Positions 1 through 10,339 are shown, counted from the first letter of the stretch. The stretch is 64,000 nt of DNA from an uncultured Myxococcales bacterium (GCA_903847405.1 CAINDP010000153.1:4121-68120), one strand, 5' to 3'. The notes: generated from the sequence alone by a model not told the origin. Program-made: numbers and translations.

Positions 1-1
1 G

Positions 2-745
2 CACTGGGCCGCGATCAAGGGAACCATCGCGGACCTGCTGATGGGGCTGCGGGCGGGGAACGGGATGATCCGGCCGGACAGCAGCATCTGGGAGGTCCAC
101 TGGAACGGGCGGCAGAAGCAGTACACGTACACGTCGCTGGCGGCGGCGGCGGGCCTGTGCCAGGCGTCGCAGTTCGCCGCAACGCACGGGGCGGCCGCGG
201 ACGCGACAGCCTGGCGCGCGGCGGCCACCGAACTCGTCGGCAGCATCCGGGCGCACGCGGTGGACGGCGGCAACTTCCTGGCGCAGAGCGTCGAGGAACT
301 GGTCGGGGCCTCCGGCTACGTCGACGCGGCCGTCGTCGAGGCCTTCAACTGGGGCCTGCTGGACCCCGCCGGGGCGATCGCGGACGCGACGCTGGCCCGG
401 CTGTCCAGCGACCTCGCCGTGCCGAACGGGATGGGCCTGGCGCGCAACGACGACGGCGGCTGGTACGACCGGTCCGAGTGGGTGCTGATCGACCTGCGGA
501 CCGCGGACGCGTTGCGGCGATCGGGCCGAGCCGCGTCGATCGCCACCGCGGATCGGCGGCTGGACTGGATCACGGCGCAGGGCCTGGCGAACCTGGGCCT
601 GATCGCGGAGCTGCACGACCGCGACACGGCCGACTACGCCGGCGCGGTGCCGATGGTCGGGTTCGGGGCCGGGGCCTACGTGCTGGACCAGTGGCTCCGG
701 GCCGACCCGCCCGCGCCGCAGGCCGCATGCGGCATCAACTGGTAG
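2..745 (+). CDS. Glycoside hydrolase family 15 (glucoamylase-like), 5'-partial
   Basis: Frame is open from the window start; the PDSSIWEVH...YTYTS motif resembles GH15; first gene of the alpha-glucan operon. Confidence 0.65.
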   Translation, partial: HWAAIKGTIADLLMGLRAGNGMIRPDSSIWEVHWNGRQKQYTYTSLAAAAGLCQASQFAATHGAAADATAWRAAATELVGSIRAHAVDGGNFLAQSVEELVGASGYVDAAVVEAFNWGLLDPAGAIADATLARLSSDLAVPNGMGLARNDDGGWYDRSEWVLIDLRTADALRRSGRAASIATADRRLDWITAQGLANLGLIAELHDRDTADYAGAVPMVGFGAGAYVLDQWLRADPPAPQAACGINW

Positions 746-832
746 TGCCGGGGGGCGAACCGCTTGCGAAGCCCGGGGACACACACGGATCGGACGCGAC
801 GCCCCGGCCCGACCGCGGGGTGGGCGGGCCGC

Positions 833-2959
833 ATGGCGTGCCGTGTCGCCGTCCCGCTGCTGCTGGTGGCGTGCGGCGGCCAGGCGGCGCCCGGCCTGCC
901 CGTGCGCACCTGCAAGGTGGACTTCGCGGTGCATCCGGCGGCGACGGTCCGGGAGGTCGCGGTCGTAGGGGACTTCAACGACTGGGTCCCGGACGGGCAC
1001 CGGCTGGCCCGGGGGGACGACGGGACGTTCCGGGGCAGTTTCGTCGTGGGCCCGGGACGGCAGCCCTACCGCTTCCGGATCGACGGCGACGAGGTCCTGG
1101 ACGACGCCAATCCCCTGACGCTGTACGGGCGCGACGGGCGCGAGCACAGCGCGCTGGTCCAGCCCGACTGCACGCTGCCGGGCTGGGAGGTCGGGCGGTA
1201 CGAGGTTCGGGAAGGCCGGCTCCAGGCGCACCTGGACTGCCTGGCGGGCGCGGGCGGAAGTCCCTGCGACCCGGCATCCCTGGCGGTGCTGCTGGACGGG
1301 GCGCCGATCGCCGGCGGGGCGCTGCGGGACGGCGCGCTGGACCTGGACCTGGCCCCGCAGCCGTCCGGCAAGCACCGCGTCGAGGTCCGCATCGCCGACA
1401 CGACGGGCATCGCCGCCGAGCCACTGCTGCTCCCCTACTGGGTCCAGGCCGTTCCGTTCGCCTGGGAGGACGCCGTCATCTACCAGGTGATGGTGGACCG
1501 CTTCCGCCGGGGCGACGGCGCGCCGGACGCCGACGCGGGCATCACGATGCGCATGGGCGGCGACTGGGCGGGCGTGGCCGGGGCGATCGACGACGGCACC
1601 TTCGCCCGCCTGGGCGTGAACGTGCTGTGGATTTCGCCGGCGGTCCGCAACGCCGAGGGCACCTGGCCCGGCTTCGACGGGCGGCTGTACCAGTCCTACC
1701 ACGGCTACTGGCCGGTCGCGGCCCGGGAAGCCGAGCCCCGCTTCGGCGGCGCCGACGGCCTGGACGCGCTGGTCCGCACCGCCCACGACCACGGGATGCG
1801 CGTGATCCTGGACATCGTCCCGAACCACGTGCACCAGGACCACCCGTACTTCACGGACCACCGGCAGGAGTGGTTCAACCACCCCGACGGCGACTGCGTG
1901 TGCGGCCGGCAGTGCTCGTGGGCCACGGACATCGACGAGTGCTGGTTCATCGACTACCTGCCCGACCTGGACTGGCGCCGGCCCGAGGTCGTGGACACGA
2001 TGCTGGCGGACGTGTCCTGGTGGCTGACGCGGTTCGACGTGGACGGGCTGCGCGTCGACGCGGTCCCGATGATGCCGCGCCTGGTCACCCGCCACCTGCG
2101 CGACACGGTCACCCGCGCCTTCGCCCCGGGCGCGCCCCACGTGTACCTGGTGGGCGAGACCTTCACCGGGTCCCTGGGCCGCGACCAGATCCGCTGGTAC
2201 CTGGGCCCGTACGGGCTGACCGGGCAGTTCGACTTCCCGCTGATGTGGGCCCTGCGCACGGTGCTGGGCCAGGCGGGCGGCCGGATGACCGACCTCCTGG
2301 ACGAAATGGATCGCAGCCTGGACGCCTGGTCGGGTTCCGGCGCGGTGATGGGGCACATGATCGGGAACCACGACGTGCCCCGGTTCGCGTCGGTGGCCGC
2401 GGGCGATTCCCTGGACGTGCTGCTGCCGCCGCCCCAGCCGACCGCGCTGGAGCCGTATCGTCGCGCGGCGCTGGCGCTGGCCTTCGTGATGACCCAGCCC
2501 GGCGCGCCGGTCGTGTACCAGGGCGACGAACTGGGCCTGGCGGGCGCGGGCGATCCGGACAACCGGCGCCCGATGCCGGCCGAGGCCACCTGGACCGAAC
2601 CGCAGCGGTGGCTGTTCGGGCAGGCGGCCACGATGGGTCGCCTGCGCGGCACGGTGGCTGCGATGCGCGCCGGGGAACGGGTGGACCTGGTGCGGGCCCG
2701 GGACCACGTCGTGTACCGCATGCAGGGCGCCGCCGACGCCGCGCTGATCGGGCTGAACCGGGCCGCGGTCCCGGTCCGCGTCGAGGTGCCCGCCGGCGAC
2801 TGGCCGGAAGGGACCGGCCTGGTGGACTGCCTGGGGGCAGCCGTGAACCGCACCGGCGGATCGATCGAACTGGTGCTGCCCGCCCTGGGTGCGATGGTCG
2901 TGGTCCCCGCGGGCGGCTGCCCGCCCGGCGATCCGGCATCAACCGAACGAGGAGAGTGA
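833..2959 (+). CDS. GH13 alpha-amylase-family lipoprotein with N-terminal CBM48-like domain
   Basis: Lipobox LLVAC; VAVVGDFNDW; YHGYW; catalytic regions GLRVDAV, VGETF, IGNHDVPR; start chosen at ATG 833 inside ORF 764-2959. Confidence 0.9.
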   Translation: MACRVAVPLLLVACGGQAAPGLPVRTCKVDFAVHPAATVREVAVVGDFNDWVPDGHRLARGDDGTFRGSFVVGPGRQPYRFRIDGDEVLDDANPLTLYGRDGREHSALVQPDCTLPGWEVGRYEVREGRLQAHLDCLAGAGGSPCDPASLAVLLDGAPIAGGALRDGALDLDLAPQPSGKHRVEVRIADTTGIAAEPLLLPYWVQAVPFAWEDAVIYQVMVDRFRRGDGAPDADAGITMRMGGDWAGVAGAIDDGTFARLGVNVLWISPAVRNAEGTWPGFDGRLYQSYHGYWPVAAREAEPRFGGADGLDALVRTAHDHGMRVILDIVPNHVHQDHPYFTDHRQEWFNHPDGDCVCGRQCSWATDIDECWFIDYLPDLDWRRPEVVDTMLADVSWWLTRFDVDGLRVDAVPMMPRLVTRHLRDTVTRAFAPGAPHVYLVGETFTGSLGRDQIRWYLGPYGLTGQFDFPLMWALRTVLGQAGGRMTDLLDEMDRSLDAWSGSGAVMGHMIGNHDVPRFASVAAGDSLDVLLPPPQPTALEPYRRAALALAFVMTQPGAPVVYQGDELGLAGAGDPDNRRPMPAEATWTEPQRWLFGQAATMGRLRGTVAAMRAGERVDLVRARDHVVYRMQGAADAALIGLNRAAVPVRVEVPAGDWPEGTGLVDCLGAAVNRTGGSIELVLPALGAMVVVPAGGCPPGDPASTERGE

Positions 2960-2963
2960 CCCG

Positions 2964-3479
2964 ATGCGAACCCGAATCGCCTTCCTGGTCGCCGCCTGTC
3001 TGGCGGGGGCCTCCTGCGCGGAGGACGGCACGAACACGGCTCTCCCGGACGACGGGGCGACCGATCCGGGGACCGGGCCGGACACCGCGGCGTGGGACCC
3101 CGGCAACCCGTCGGAAACCTGCGGAGGCTACGGGTACGGAACCGGGCCGGACTGCGTGCCGGACGGGGCGCTGGACTGCACCCAGGACCCGTGCATCTTC
3201 GGGACCTGTGAAACGGTCGACGGCCAGGGCGTCTGCCGCTGCGACGAAGGCTATGCGGGACGGATCTGCGGCGCGTGCGCGGACGGATGGGTCGAACGGG
3301 GCCTGCGGTGCGTGCGCCAGGAGGGCTGCGACACCTATCCGTGCGTGTTCGGGACCTGCCGCATCCTGAACCAGCAGCCCTATTGCGATTGCGACGCCGG
3401 GTACACCGGCGCAAACTGCGACGAATGCGCTGACGGATACCGGGCGCAGAACCTGCGCTGCGTGAAGGAGGGTGCATGA
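2964..3479 (+). CDS. EGF-like repeat lipoprotein
   Basis: Signal peptide with GASC lipobox; acidic DPG linker; two PC(I/V)FGTC...CxCDxGYxGxxCxxCADG repeats. Confidence 0.75.
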   Translation: MRTRIAFLVAACLAGASCAEDGTNTALPDDGATDPGTGPDTAAWDPGNPSETCGGYGYGTGPDCVPDGALDCTQDPCIFGTCETVDGQGVCRCDEGYAGRICGACADGWVERGLRCVRQEGCDTYPCVFGTCRILNQQPYCDCDAGYTGANCDECADGYRAQNLRCVKEGA

Positions 3480-4954
3480 CACCGGCCATGAGGGGGATCG
3501 TCTTGCTGTGCGCGCTGATGCTGGCGGGAATGCCGGTCGCCGCCACCGCCGAACCCGCCGCGGAACCCGCCGCCGTGCCCGCCGCCGCGCCCCTCGACGC
3601 GCCCCGGGCCGACGCGTCCTTCCCGACGGGCTTCCGCTTCGGAACGTACGGTCGCGTCGGGTTTTCCACCGATCTGAAGGGCGCACCCGGCCGCAGCACG
3701 AACCTGGTGACCCACGGCGCCCGCCTGATGGAGGGCTCGTACGCCGAAGTGGACCTGGGGTACGGGATCAAGCTGTCGGACGGGTTCAAGGTCCGCGTCC
3801 TGATGACCCTGGCGTTCTTCGACGAGTTCTTCCACTTCAGCGGCGAGGCGACCCAGGCCATCGCCCTGCGGAACCTCTATGCCGAGGCCTCCGGGTTCCT
3901 CAAGACCGACCTGAAGATCTGGGTCGGATCGCGCATGTACCGCGGCGACGACATCTACCTGCTGGACTGGTGGCCGATGGACGCCCTGAACACGCTGGGC
4001 GCGGGCCTGTCGTGGGACAGCAGCGACCAGGGCTGGCGCCTGCAGGCCCACGCGGGCGTCAACCGCCTGAAGGACACCAGTTCGCTGCGCCGCGTCAGCG
4101 TCCCGTCCACGTTCGGCGCCGACACCATCACGCTGATGGAGCGCCAGCGCGTGGTCGCGTCGGCCAAGGTGACGTGGTTCGGCCGGAAGCTGCTGGGCGA
4201 CCTGTCCCTGAAGGTGTCGCTGTACGGCGAATACCACCGGCTGCCCAAGGGGAACCTGCGCTACAGCGGCGAGTTCAAGGAATACTTCGAGGAATTCGCC
4301 ATCGCCCCGGACCCGAACCTGCTGGCCGAACTGCCCGCGGACGACGGCGGCGTGATCGGCGCGCAGGTGGGGCTGTGGGGCTTCGGGCCCGACTCGCACC
4401 TGAACCTGTTCGCCCGCTATGCCTGGGGCCTGGCCGCGTACGGCGAGTGGGGCGTGCCCTGGGGCGTCAGCCTGGGGCGCACGTCGTCGGGCGCGAAGGA
4501 ACTGGTCCTGGCCGCGTCGCTGAACTGGGAAAACCACGACGTCGGCGTGATGGCGGCGACCTATGGCCGGCTGTTCGTCGACGCCGATCGCAACCGCTAT
4601 GACCTGGACGACTACTGGGAAGGCATCACGGTGGTCCGCCCCGCCTGGTTCGCCACGGAACACTTCCACGTGGCGGCCGAGGTCAGCCACCAGTGGAAGG
4701 AGCCGCGCGGCATCGGGCCGAACGACAACCGGCACCATACGCCCCACGTCGTGCAGATGTCGGCGCTGCCGTCCTTGAGCCTGGGGCGCGGCATGTACCG
4801 GCGGCCGGAATTCCGGGTGGTCTACACGGCCAGTTGGCTGAACGCCGACGCCCGCAACCTGTTCCCGCAGTTCGACGAGCGGCGGGACCGGACGTGGCAG
4901 CACTACGTGGGCGTGCAGGTCGAATGGTGGCTGGACAGCTCCAGCTACCCATGA
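3476..4954 (+). CDS. Carbohydrate porin, LamB/maltoporin-like
   Basis: Signal peptide; FGTYGRVG, YAEVDL, LRNLYAEA, WVGSRMYR, RPEFRVVY; C-terminal GVQVEWW typical of LamB. Confidence 0.8.
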   Translation: MTPAMRGIVLLCALMLAGMPVAATAEPAAEPAAVPAAAPLDAPRADASFPTGFRFGTYGRVGFSTDLKGAPGRSTNLVTHGARLMEGSYAEVDLGYGIKLSDGFKVRVLMTLAFFDEFFHFSGEATQAIALRNLYAEASGFLKTDLKIWVGSRMYRGDDIYLLDWWPMDALNTLGAGLSWDSSDQGWRLQAHAGVNRLKDTSSLRRVSVPSTFGADTITLMERQRVVASAKVTWFGRKLLGDLSLKVSLYGEYHRLPKGNLRYSGEFKEYFEEFAIAPDPNLLAELPADDGGVIGAQVGLWGFGPDSHLNLFARYAWGLAAYGEWGVPWGVSLGRTSSGAKELVLAASLNWENHDVGVMAATYGRLFVDADRNRYDLDDYWEGITVVRPAWFATEHFHVAAEVSHQWKEPRGIGPNDNRHHTPHVVQMSALPSLSLGRGMYRRPEFRVVYTASWLNADARNLFPQFDERRDRTWQHYVGVQVEWWLDSSSYP

Positions 4955-4962
4955 GGTGCGTG

Positions 4963-6885
4963 ATGAACCGACACACGACGATCGCGCTGGCCACCCTGGC
5001 CCTGGGGGCGTGGGCAGGCTGCTTCGATGCGGGCAAGGAAGGACAACCTCCGAAGATCACCACGGTGGTCCAGGACTGGCGGGACGAGGTGGTCTACCAG
5101 GTCCTGATCGACCGCTTCGCGAACGGCGACGCCAACAACGACTTCAACGTGAAGCCCCTGGCGGCGGCGGCGTACCACGGCGGCGACTACCAGGGCCTGA
5201 TCGACCGCCTGGACTACCTGGCCGACCTGGGCGTCACGGCCCTGTGGATTTCGCCCGTCGTCAAGAACGTCGAGGAGGACGCCGGCGTCGGGGGGTACCA
5301 CGGGTACTGGGCGCAGGACTTCACCGAGGTCAACCCGCACTTCGGGGACATGCCCAAGCTGCGGGAACTGGTAGGAAAGGCACACGACCGCAACATGAAG
5401 GTCATCCTGGACATCGTGACCAACCACGTCGGGCAGTTGTTCTACTACGACATCAACCGCAACGGCGAGGCCGACGAGCAGGTGATGGGGTCGGGCACGT
5501 CGTCGCCCATCACGCGCACCACGGAATGGGACCCGGACTTCGACGAGCGCGGCGTCCAGTCGTTCACCTCCCTGGGGCCGTCGGGCCGGGCGCCGATCAA
5601 CTGGGTGTGGCAGCCCGAAATCAACCGCGTGCCGCCGTGGCCTGCGGAATTCGCGAATCCCGACTGGTACAACCGGATGGGTCGCGTCACGGTCTGGGGG
5701 CGCGAAAAGCAGGCGTGCTATGACGCAGGGCGGATCACGGCGGCGGAACGCGACTCCGGGACCGGGTGGGCCGGGCTGCCGGCGTGCCACGAATACGTGC
5801 GCATGCAGGAGGTCCTGGGCGACTTCCCCGGGGGGCTGAAGGACATCCGGACCGAACTGCCCGAGGTTCGGCAGGCGTTGATCAGCGCCTATGCGTACTG
5901 GGTTCAGCAGGCCGGGTTCGACGGGTTCCGCATCGACACGATCAAGCACGTCGAGGACGACTTCTGGCGCACCTTCTGCCCGGCAATCCGCCAGCAGGCC
6001 GCCGCGATGGGCAAGCACAACTTCCTGATGTTCGGCGAGGCGTTCGACGGCGACGACAAGCTGATCGGCGGCTATACCCGGGACGACATGCTGGATTCGG
6101 TGTTCTATTTTTCCCAGAAGTTCGTCATCGACGACGTGTTCAAGAACGGCGCGCCGACGCGACGCCTGGAGGACCTGTGGAAGGCCCGCATCCCGGGCCA
6201 GGGCGAGGGGCAGACCCTGAACTACGGCACGAACCCCCAGTCGGGAGGGGTCACGGACGCCGCCGGCACGCCGCTGCCGCCCTGGCGCCTGACGGTGAAC
6301 TTCCTGGACAACCACGATCTGCCCCGCTACCTGTACCAGAACCTGGACCGGCCCGGGCTGCACTCGGCGCTGGCGCTGCTGCTGACGATGGACGGGATCC
6401 CGTGCCTGTACTACGGGACCGAGCAGGACTTCGCGGGCGGCAACGATCCGGCGAACCGCGAGGATCTGTGGGCGTCGGGGTTCGCGACCGACGGCGACAC
6501 GTTCGCCTGGATCCGCCAACTGAGCGGGCTGCGGCGGCAACTGGCGCCGTTGCGCCGGGGGGACATGAAGGTCGTCTGGTCCAGCACGAACACCGGGACT
6601 GCCCAGGACGCAGGGATCCTGGCGTTCGAGCGGACGATCCCGGCGTCGGGCGGGTCGGCGGCGGACACCGTGCTGGTCGTCCTGAACACCAGCGCCACGA
6701 ACACGGCCGAAACCAGCGCGGGACTGTCGGGTGGCGGGGACATGATCACCTCGTTCGCGGCGGGAACGAAACTGGTCAACCTGCTGAATGAGCAGGACCC
6801 CACCGACGACGTCACGGTCGGGACGGACGGGGCGGTGCGGTTGAGGCTGCAGCCGCGGACGGCGAAGGTGTTCGTGGTGAGGTAG
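4963..6885 (+). CDS. GH13 alpha-amylase-family lipoprotein
   Basis: WAGC lipobox; YQVLIDRFANGD, YHGYW, GFRIDTIKH, GEAF, FLDNHD; alternative start 4951 overlaps the porin stop. Confidence 0.92.
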   Translation: MNRHTTIALATLALGAWAGCFDAGKEGQPPKITTVVQDWRDEVVYQVLIDRFANGDANNDFNVKPLAAAAYHGGDYQGLIDRLDYLADLGVTALWISPVVKNVEEDAGVGGYHGYWAQDFTEVNPHFGDMPKLRELVGKAHDRNMKVILDIVTNHVGQLFYYDINRNGEADEQVMGSGTSSPITRTTEWDPDFDERGVQSFTSLGPSGRAPINWVWQPEINRVPPWPAEFANPDWYNRMGRVTVWGREKQACYDAGRITAAERDSGTGWAGLPACHEYVRMQEVLGDFPGGLKDIRTELPEVRQALISAYAYWVQQAGFDGFRIDTIKHVEDDFWRTFCPAIRQQAAAMGKHNFLMFGEAFDGDDKLIGGYTRDDMLDSVFYFSQKFVIDDVFKNGAPTRRLEDLWKARIPGQGEGQTLNYGTNPQSGGVTDAAGTPLPPWRLTVNFLDNHDLPRYLYQNLDRPGLHSALALLLTMDGIPCLYYGTEQDFAGGNDPANREDLWASGFATDGDTFAWIRQLSGLRRQLAPLRRGDMKVVWSSTNTGTAQDAGILAFERTIPASGGSAADTVLVVLNTSATNTAETSAGLSGGGDMITSFAAGTKLVNLLNEQDPTDDVTVGTDGAVRLRLQPRTAKVFVVR

Positions 6886-6887
6886 GC

Positions 6888-6944
6888 GGGGGACGGGGCG
6901 GGGACAGGGCGGGGCGGGCACGGGTACGGGCTCGGGTACGGGTA
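6888..6944 (+). repeat. G-rich intergenic tract: ten runs of 3 or more G, including five CGGGYW hexamers
   Basis: GGGGGACGGGGCGGGGACAGGGCGGGG followed by CGGGCA CGGGTA CGGGCT CGGGTA CGGGTA. Confidence 0.8.
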
Positions 6945-6971
6945 CGTGAGGCACTGGGAGCGGGGTGAGGA

Positions 6972-8060
6972 ATGGCGGGACTGAAGCTGCGTGGGATTGG
7001 AAAAGTCTATGACGGGGGCGTGCGGGTCCTGTCGGGGATCGACCTGGAAGTGGCCGACGGCGAATTCCTGGTGCTGGTCGGGCCCTCGGGGTGCGGCAAG
7101 TCCACGCTGCTGCGGATGATTGCGGGGCTGGAGGCGATCACGGAGGGCACGCTGTCGATCGACGGCCGCGTGGTCAACGACGTGCCGCCCAAGGACCGCG
7201 ACCTGGCGATGGTCTTCCAGTCCTACGCGCTGTACCCCCACATGACCGTGCGCGAAAACATGGGCTTTTCCCTGGGGATCCGGCGGGTGGCCCGGGACGT
7301 CATCGCGGCCAAGGTGGACGAGGCGGCGCGGATGCTGGAACTGACGGCCCTGCTGGACCGGCTGCCCAAGGAACTGTCGGGCGGGCAGCGCCAGCGCGTG
7401 GCGATCGGGCGCGCCATCGTGCGGCGGCCCCGCGTGTTCCTGTTCGACGAGCCCCTGTCGAACCTGGACGCGAACCTGCGCGGCCAGATGCGGGTGGAAC
7501 TGAAGACGCTGCACCGGGAACTGGGCACGACGATGGTCTACGTCACCCACGACCAGATCGAGGCGATGACGCTGGCCGACCGGATCTGCGTGCTGGAGGG
7601 CGGGCACGCCCGGCAGATCGACACGCCGACCGGTCTGTACGACGCGCCCGACTCGAAGTTCGTCGCGTCCTTCATCGGCTCGCCGCCCATGAACTTCCTG
7701 TCGCTGCGGCAGCACGAGGGCCGCCTGGCGGGCGACGGTGTGTCCCTGGCGATGCCCGGGACGCCGCAGGCACCGTCCCTGCCCGCGCAGATCGACGTCG
7801 GGCTGCGGCCCCACGAACTGGGCCTGGCGCCGACGGACGGCGGATCGATCGACGCGGTCGTGGACGTTGTGGAAACGGTCGGGTGGGACGTGCACATCCA
7901 CGCGCGTTGCGGCGAAACGCCGGTGCTGGCCCAGGTGGACGGGAAGCAGGCGCGGGGCCTGGACCACGGGGTTCCGGTTCGGTTGTGGGCGGCCACCGGG
8001 GCCGCGAAGCTGTTCGACCCGGCAACGGGAAAATCCCTCCGATTCGTGGGGGGCGTGTGA
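6972..8060 (+). CDS. malK: Sugar ABC transporter ATP-binding protein (MalK/MsmX family)
   Basis: GPSGCGKST, FQSYALYPHM, LSGGQRQR, LFDEPLSNLDA, FIGSPPMN. Confidence 0.95.
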   Translation: MAGLKLRGIGKVYDGGVRVLSGIDLEVADGEFLVLVGPSGCGKSTLLRMIAGLEAITEGTLSIDGRVVNDVPPKDRDLAMVFQSYALYPHMTVRENMGFSLGIRRVARDVIAAKVDEAARMLELTALLDRLPKELSGGQRQRVAIGRAIVRRPRVFLFDEPLSNLDANLRGQMRVELKTLHRELGTTMVYVTHDQIEAMTLADRICVLEGGHARQIDTPTGLYDAPDSKFVASFIGSPPMNFLSLRQHEGRLAGDGVSLAMPGTPQAPSLPAQIDVGLRPHELGLAPTDGGSIDAVVDVVETVGWDVHIHARCGETPVLAQVDGKQARGLDHGVPVRLWAATGAAKLFDPATGKSLRFVGGV

Positions 8061-10339
8061 AGGCGCCCGCAACGACATCCGCGTCCCGGACGCGTCCGGG
8101 CATCGCCTCCTGGCCGGGCCGCGCGGTCCTGCTGTGCTGCCTGATGCTGCCGGCGACGGCAATCGGCGAGGAGGGGGGACGCACCACCAGCGCCACCGAC
8201 GCCGCCCCCACCGCGTCCCCGGCCCAGCCCCCCCGCCCCCTGCGCCTGTGGCACGGCTACCGGGGCGCCGAGCGCGAAACGCTGGAGCGCCTGACCGCGG
8301 ACTTCACCCGCGACCACCCCCAGTGGCCCGTGGAACTGCTGGCCGTCCCCTACGAGGCCTATGCCAACAAGCTGACCTCCGCGATCCCGCGCGGCAACGG
8401 CCCGGACGTGTTCATCGCGGCCCACGAACGCCTGGGCGACTGGGCCGAAAGCGGCCTGATCGCGCCGCTGCCCGACGGCCCCGAATGGGACGCGTTCTTC
8501 CCGACGACCGTGGACGCCCTGACCTGGAGGGACCGCCGCTACGGACTTCCGCTGGCGTTCAAGTCGCTGGCCCTGTTCGTCCGCGACGACCTGCTGGCCG
8601 GCAATGTCGTCCCGGCGAACACCGACCAGTTGCTGGCCGCGTGCAAGAACCTGTCCGGCATGCGCAAGGACTCCTTCTGCCTGGCCTGGGAAGCCGGTTC
8701 CTTCTACCACCACGCGCCCTGGCTCTTCGGGTTCGGGGGGGGGATTTTTGATGCAAACCAGACCCCGCGCCTGGACCGCCCGGAAAACGCGGCGTCCATC
8801 GCCTTCGTCCGGGACCTGACCCGCGCCGGCTACCTGCCCGAGGAACCGACCGCGGCACTGGTCACGCAACTGTTCAACGAGGGCCGCGCCGTGATGGCGA
8901 TCAGCGGCCCCTGGTTCCTGGGGGAGATCGCGCCCGGCACCCCGTTTTCGGTTCACCCCCTGCCCCGCGTTTCCTCGACAGGGAAACTGGCGACGCCGTT
9001 CCTGACCGTGGAAGGCGCCCTGGTGTCGTCCCACGCCACGAACCCCGACGGCGCCCTGGCGCTGGCCCGTTTCCTGGCCGGCCCCGGTGCCCGCTCCCGC
9101 CTGGTGGATGGCCGCCAGGCGGTGGCCCTGGCCGCGGCCTACGAGGACCCGGCCCTGGAGGTCGATCCCGTCATCCGCCGCTTCCGTGAACTGGTGGGCT
9201 TCGCCATCCCCATGCCGAACCACCCCGTCATGCGCGCCGTCTGGGAACCCGCGTCCCAGGCCCTGCGCAAGGTGCTGCGCGGCGCCGCCGAACCCGCCGC
9301 CGCCCTGGAATCCGCCCAGCAGAGCATCCGCATCGCGACCCGTCCCCTGCCCCCGGCCTCCAGCCCCGTGTTCCTGCTGCTGGCCGTGGCCGCCGTGCTG
9401 ACCGCCGGCCTGTTCTATGCCCTGCGCCGCTTCCGTCGGGAGGACACGTGGGCACGGATGCGCGCGTCGTCCCACGCCTATGCGTTCCTGGGCCCGGCGG
9501 CCCTGGCCACCGGCATCCTGGTCTTCGTTCCGTTCACCGTCGGCACCGCCGTGTCGTTCTTTTCCCACCGCCAGGGCGACTTCACCTATGTCGGCCTGGC
9601 CAACTACGTCAGCATCCTGACCAGCGCCGACTATGCCGTCACCGACCCACTGTCGTTCTGGTTCACGCTGGTCGTCACCGTGATGTGGACCGCCGCCAAC
9701 ATCGTCCTGCACGTGTCGATCGGCGTGGCCCTGGCGCTGCTGCTGCGCGAGCCCTGGATGCGCCTGCGGGGCGTCTACCGGGTCCTGCTGATCATCCCGT
9801 GGGCGGTCCCGAACTACATCACGGCGCTGATCTGGAAGGGCATGTTCCACAAGCAGTTCGGCGCCATCAACGGCCTGCTGGTCTGGATGGGCCTGGAGCC
9901 CGTGTCCTGGTTCAGCCACTTCTGGACGTCCTTCGCCGCCAACGTCGCGACGAACACCTGGCTGGGCTTCCCGTTCATGATGGTCGTCACGCTGGGCGCG
10001 CTGCAGTCGATCCCCGCCGAGCTGGAGGAAGCCGCCGAGGTGGACGGCGCGACCCGCACGCAGCGCTTCTTCAACATCACCCTGCCCCTGCTGAAACCGG
10101 CCCTGCTGCCCGCCGTGGTCCTGGGCAGCGTCTGGACCTTCAACATGTTCAACATCATCTTCCTGGTCAGCGGCGGCGAGCCCGGCGGCTCCACGGAAAT
10201 CCTGATTTCCGAAGCCTACCGCTGGGCCTTCACCCGCCAGGAGCAGTACGGCTATGCGGCCGCCTATGCGACGCTGATCTTCCTGGTCCTGCTGGTCTGG
10301 GGCATGGGCGTGCGTCGCCTGGAACGGAGGCCCGCATGA
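8057..10339 (+). CDS. Fused maltodextrin-binding protein (MalE-like) and ABC permease (MalF-like)
   Basis: GTG overlaps the malK stop; SBP motifs GPDVFIAAHERLGDW, GPWF, PMPN; then TM helices and EAA loop EEAAEVDGA in one frame. Confidence 0.9.
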   Translation: MKAPATTSASRTRPGIASWPGRAVLLCCLMLPATAIGEEGGRTTSATDAAPTASPAQPPRPLRLWHGYRGAERETLERLTADFTRDHPQWPVELLAVPYEAYANKLTSAIPRGNGPDVFIAAHERLGDWAESGLIAPLPDGPEWDAFFPTTVDALTWRDRRYGLPLAFKSLALFVRDDLLAGNVVPANTDQLLAACKNLSGMRKDSFCLAWEAGSFYHHAPWLFGFGGGIFDANQTPRLDRPENAASIAFVRDLTRAGYLPEEPTAALVTQLFNEGRAVMAISGPWFLGEIAPGTPFSVHPLPRVSSTGKLATPFLTVEGALVSSHATNPDGALALARFLAGPGARSRLVDGRQAVALAAAYEDPALEVDPVIRRFRELVGFAIPMPNHPVMRAVWEPASQALRKVLRGAAEPAAALESAQQSIRIATRPLPPASSPVFLLLAVAAVLTAGLFYALRRFRREDTWARMRASSHAYAFLGPAALATGILVFVPFTVGTAVSFFSHRQGDFTYVGLANYVSILTSADYAVTDPLSFWFTLVVTVMWTAANIVLHVSIGVALALLLREPWMRLRGVYRVLLIIPWAVPNYITALIWKGMFHKQFGAINGLLVWMGLEPVSWFSHFWTSFAANVATNTWLGFPFMMVVTLGALQSIPAELEEAAEVDGATRTQRFFNITLPLLKPALLPAVVLGSVWTFNMFNIIFLVSGGEPGGSTEILISEAYRWAFTRQEQYGYAAAYATLIFLVLLVWGMGVRRLERRPA

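Noticed and set aside
157-3369. Long Arg/Gly/Pro-rich ORFs overlapping real genes (also 22802-26098, 28033-32049, 7538-9919 and many others)
   Set aside because: Shadow ORFs expected at high GC; no motifs, and they overlap well-supported genes
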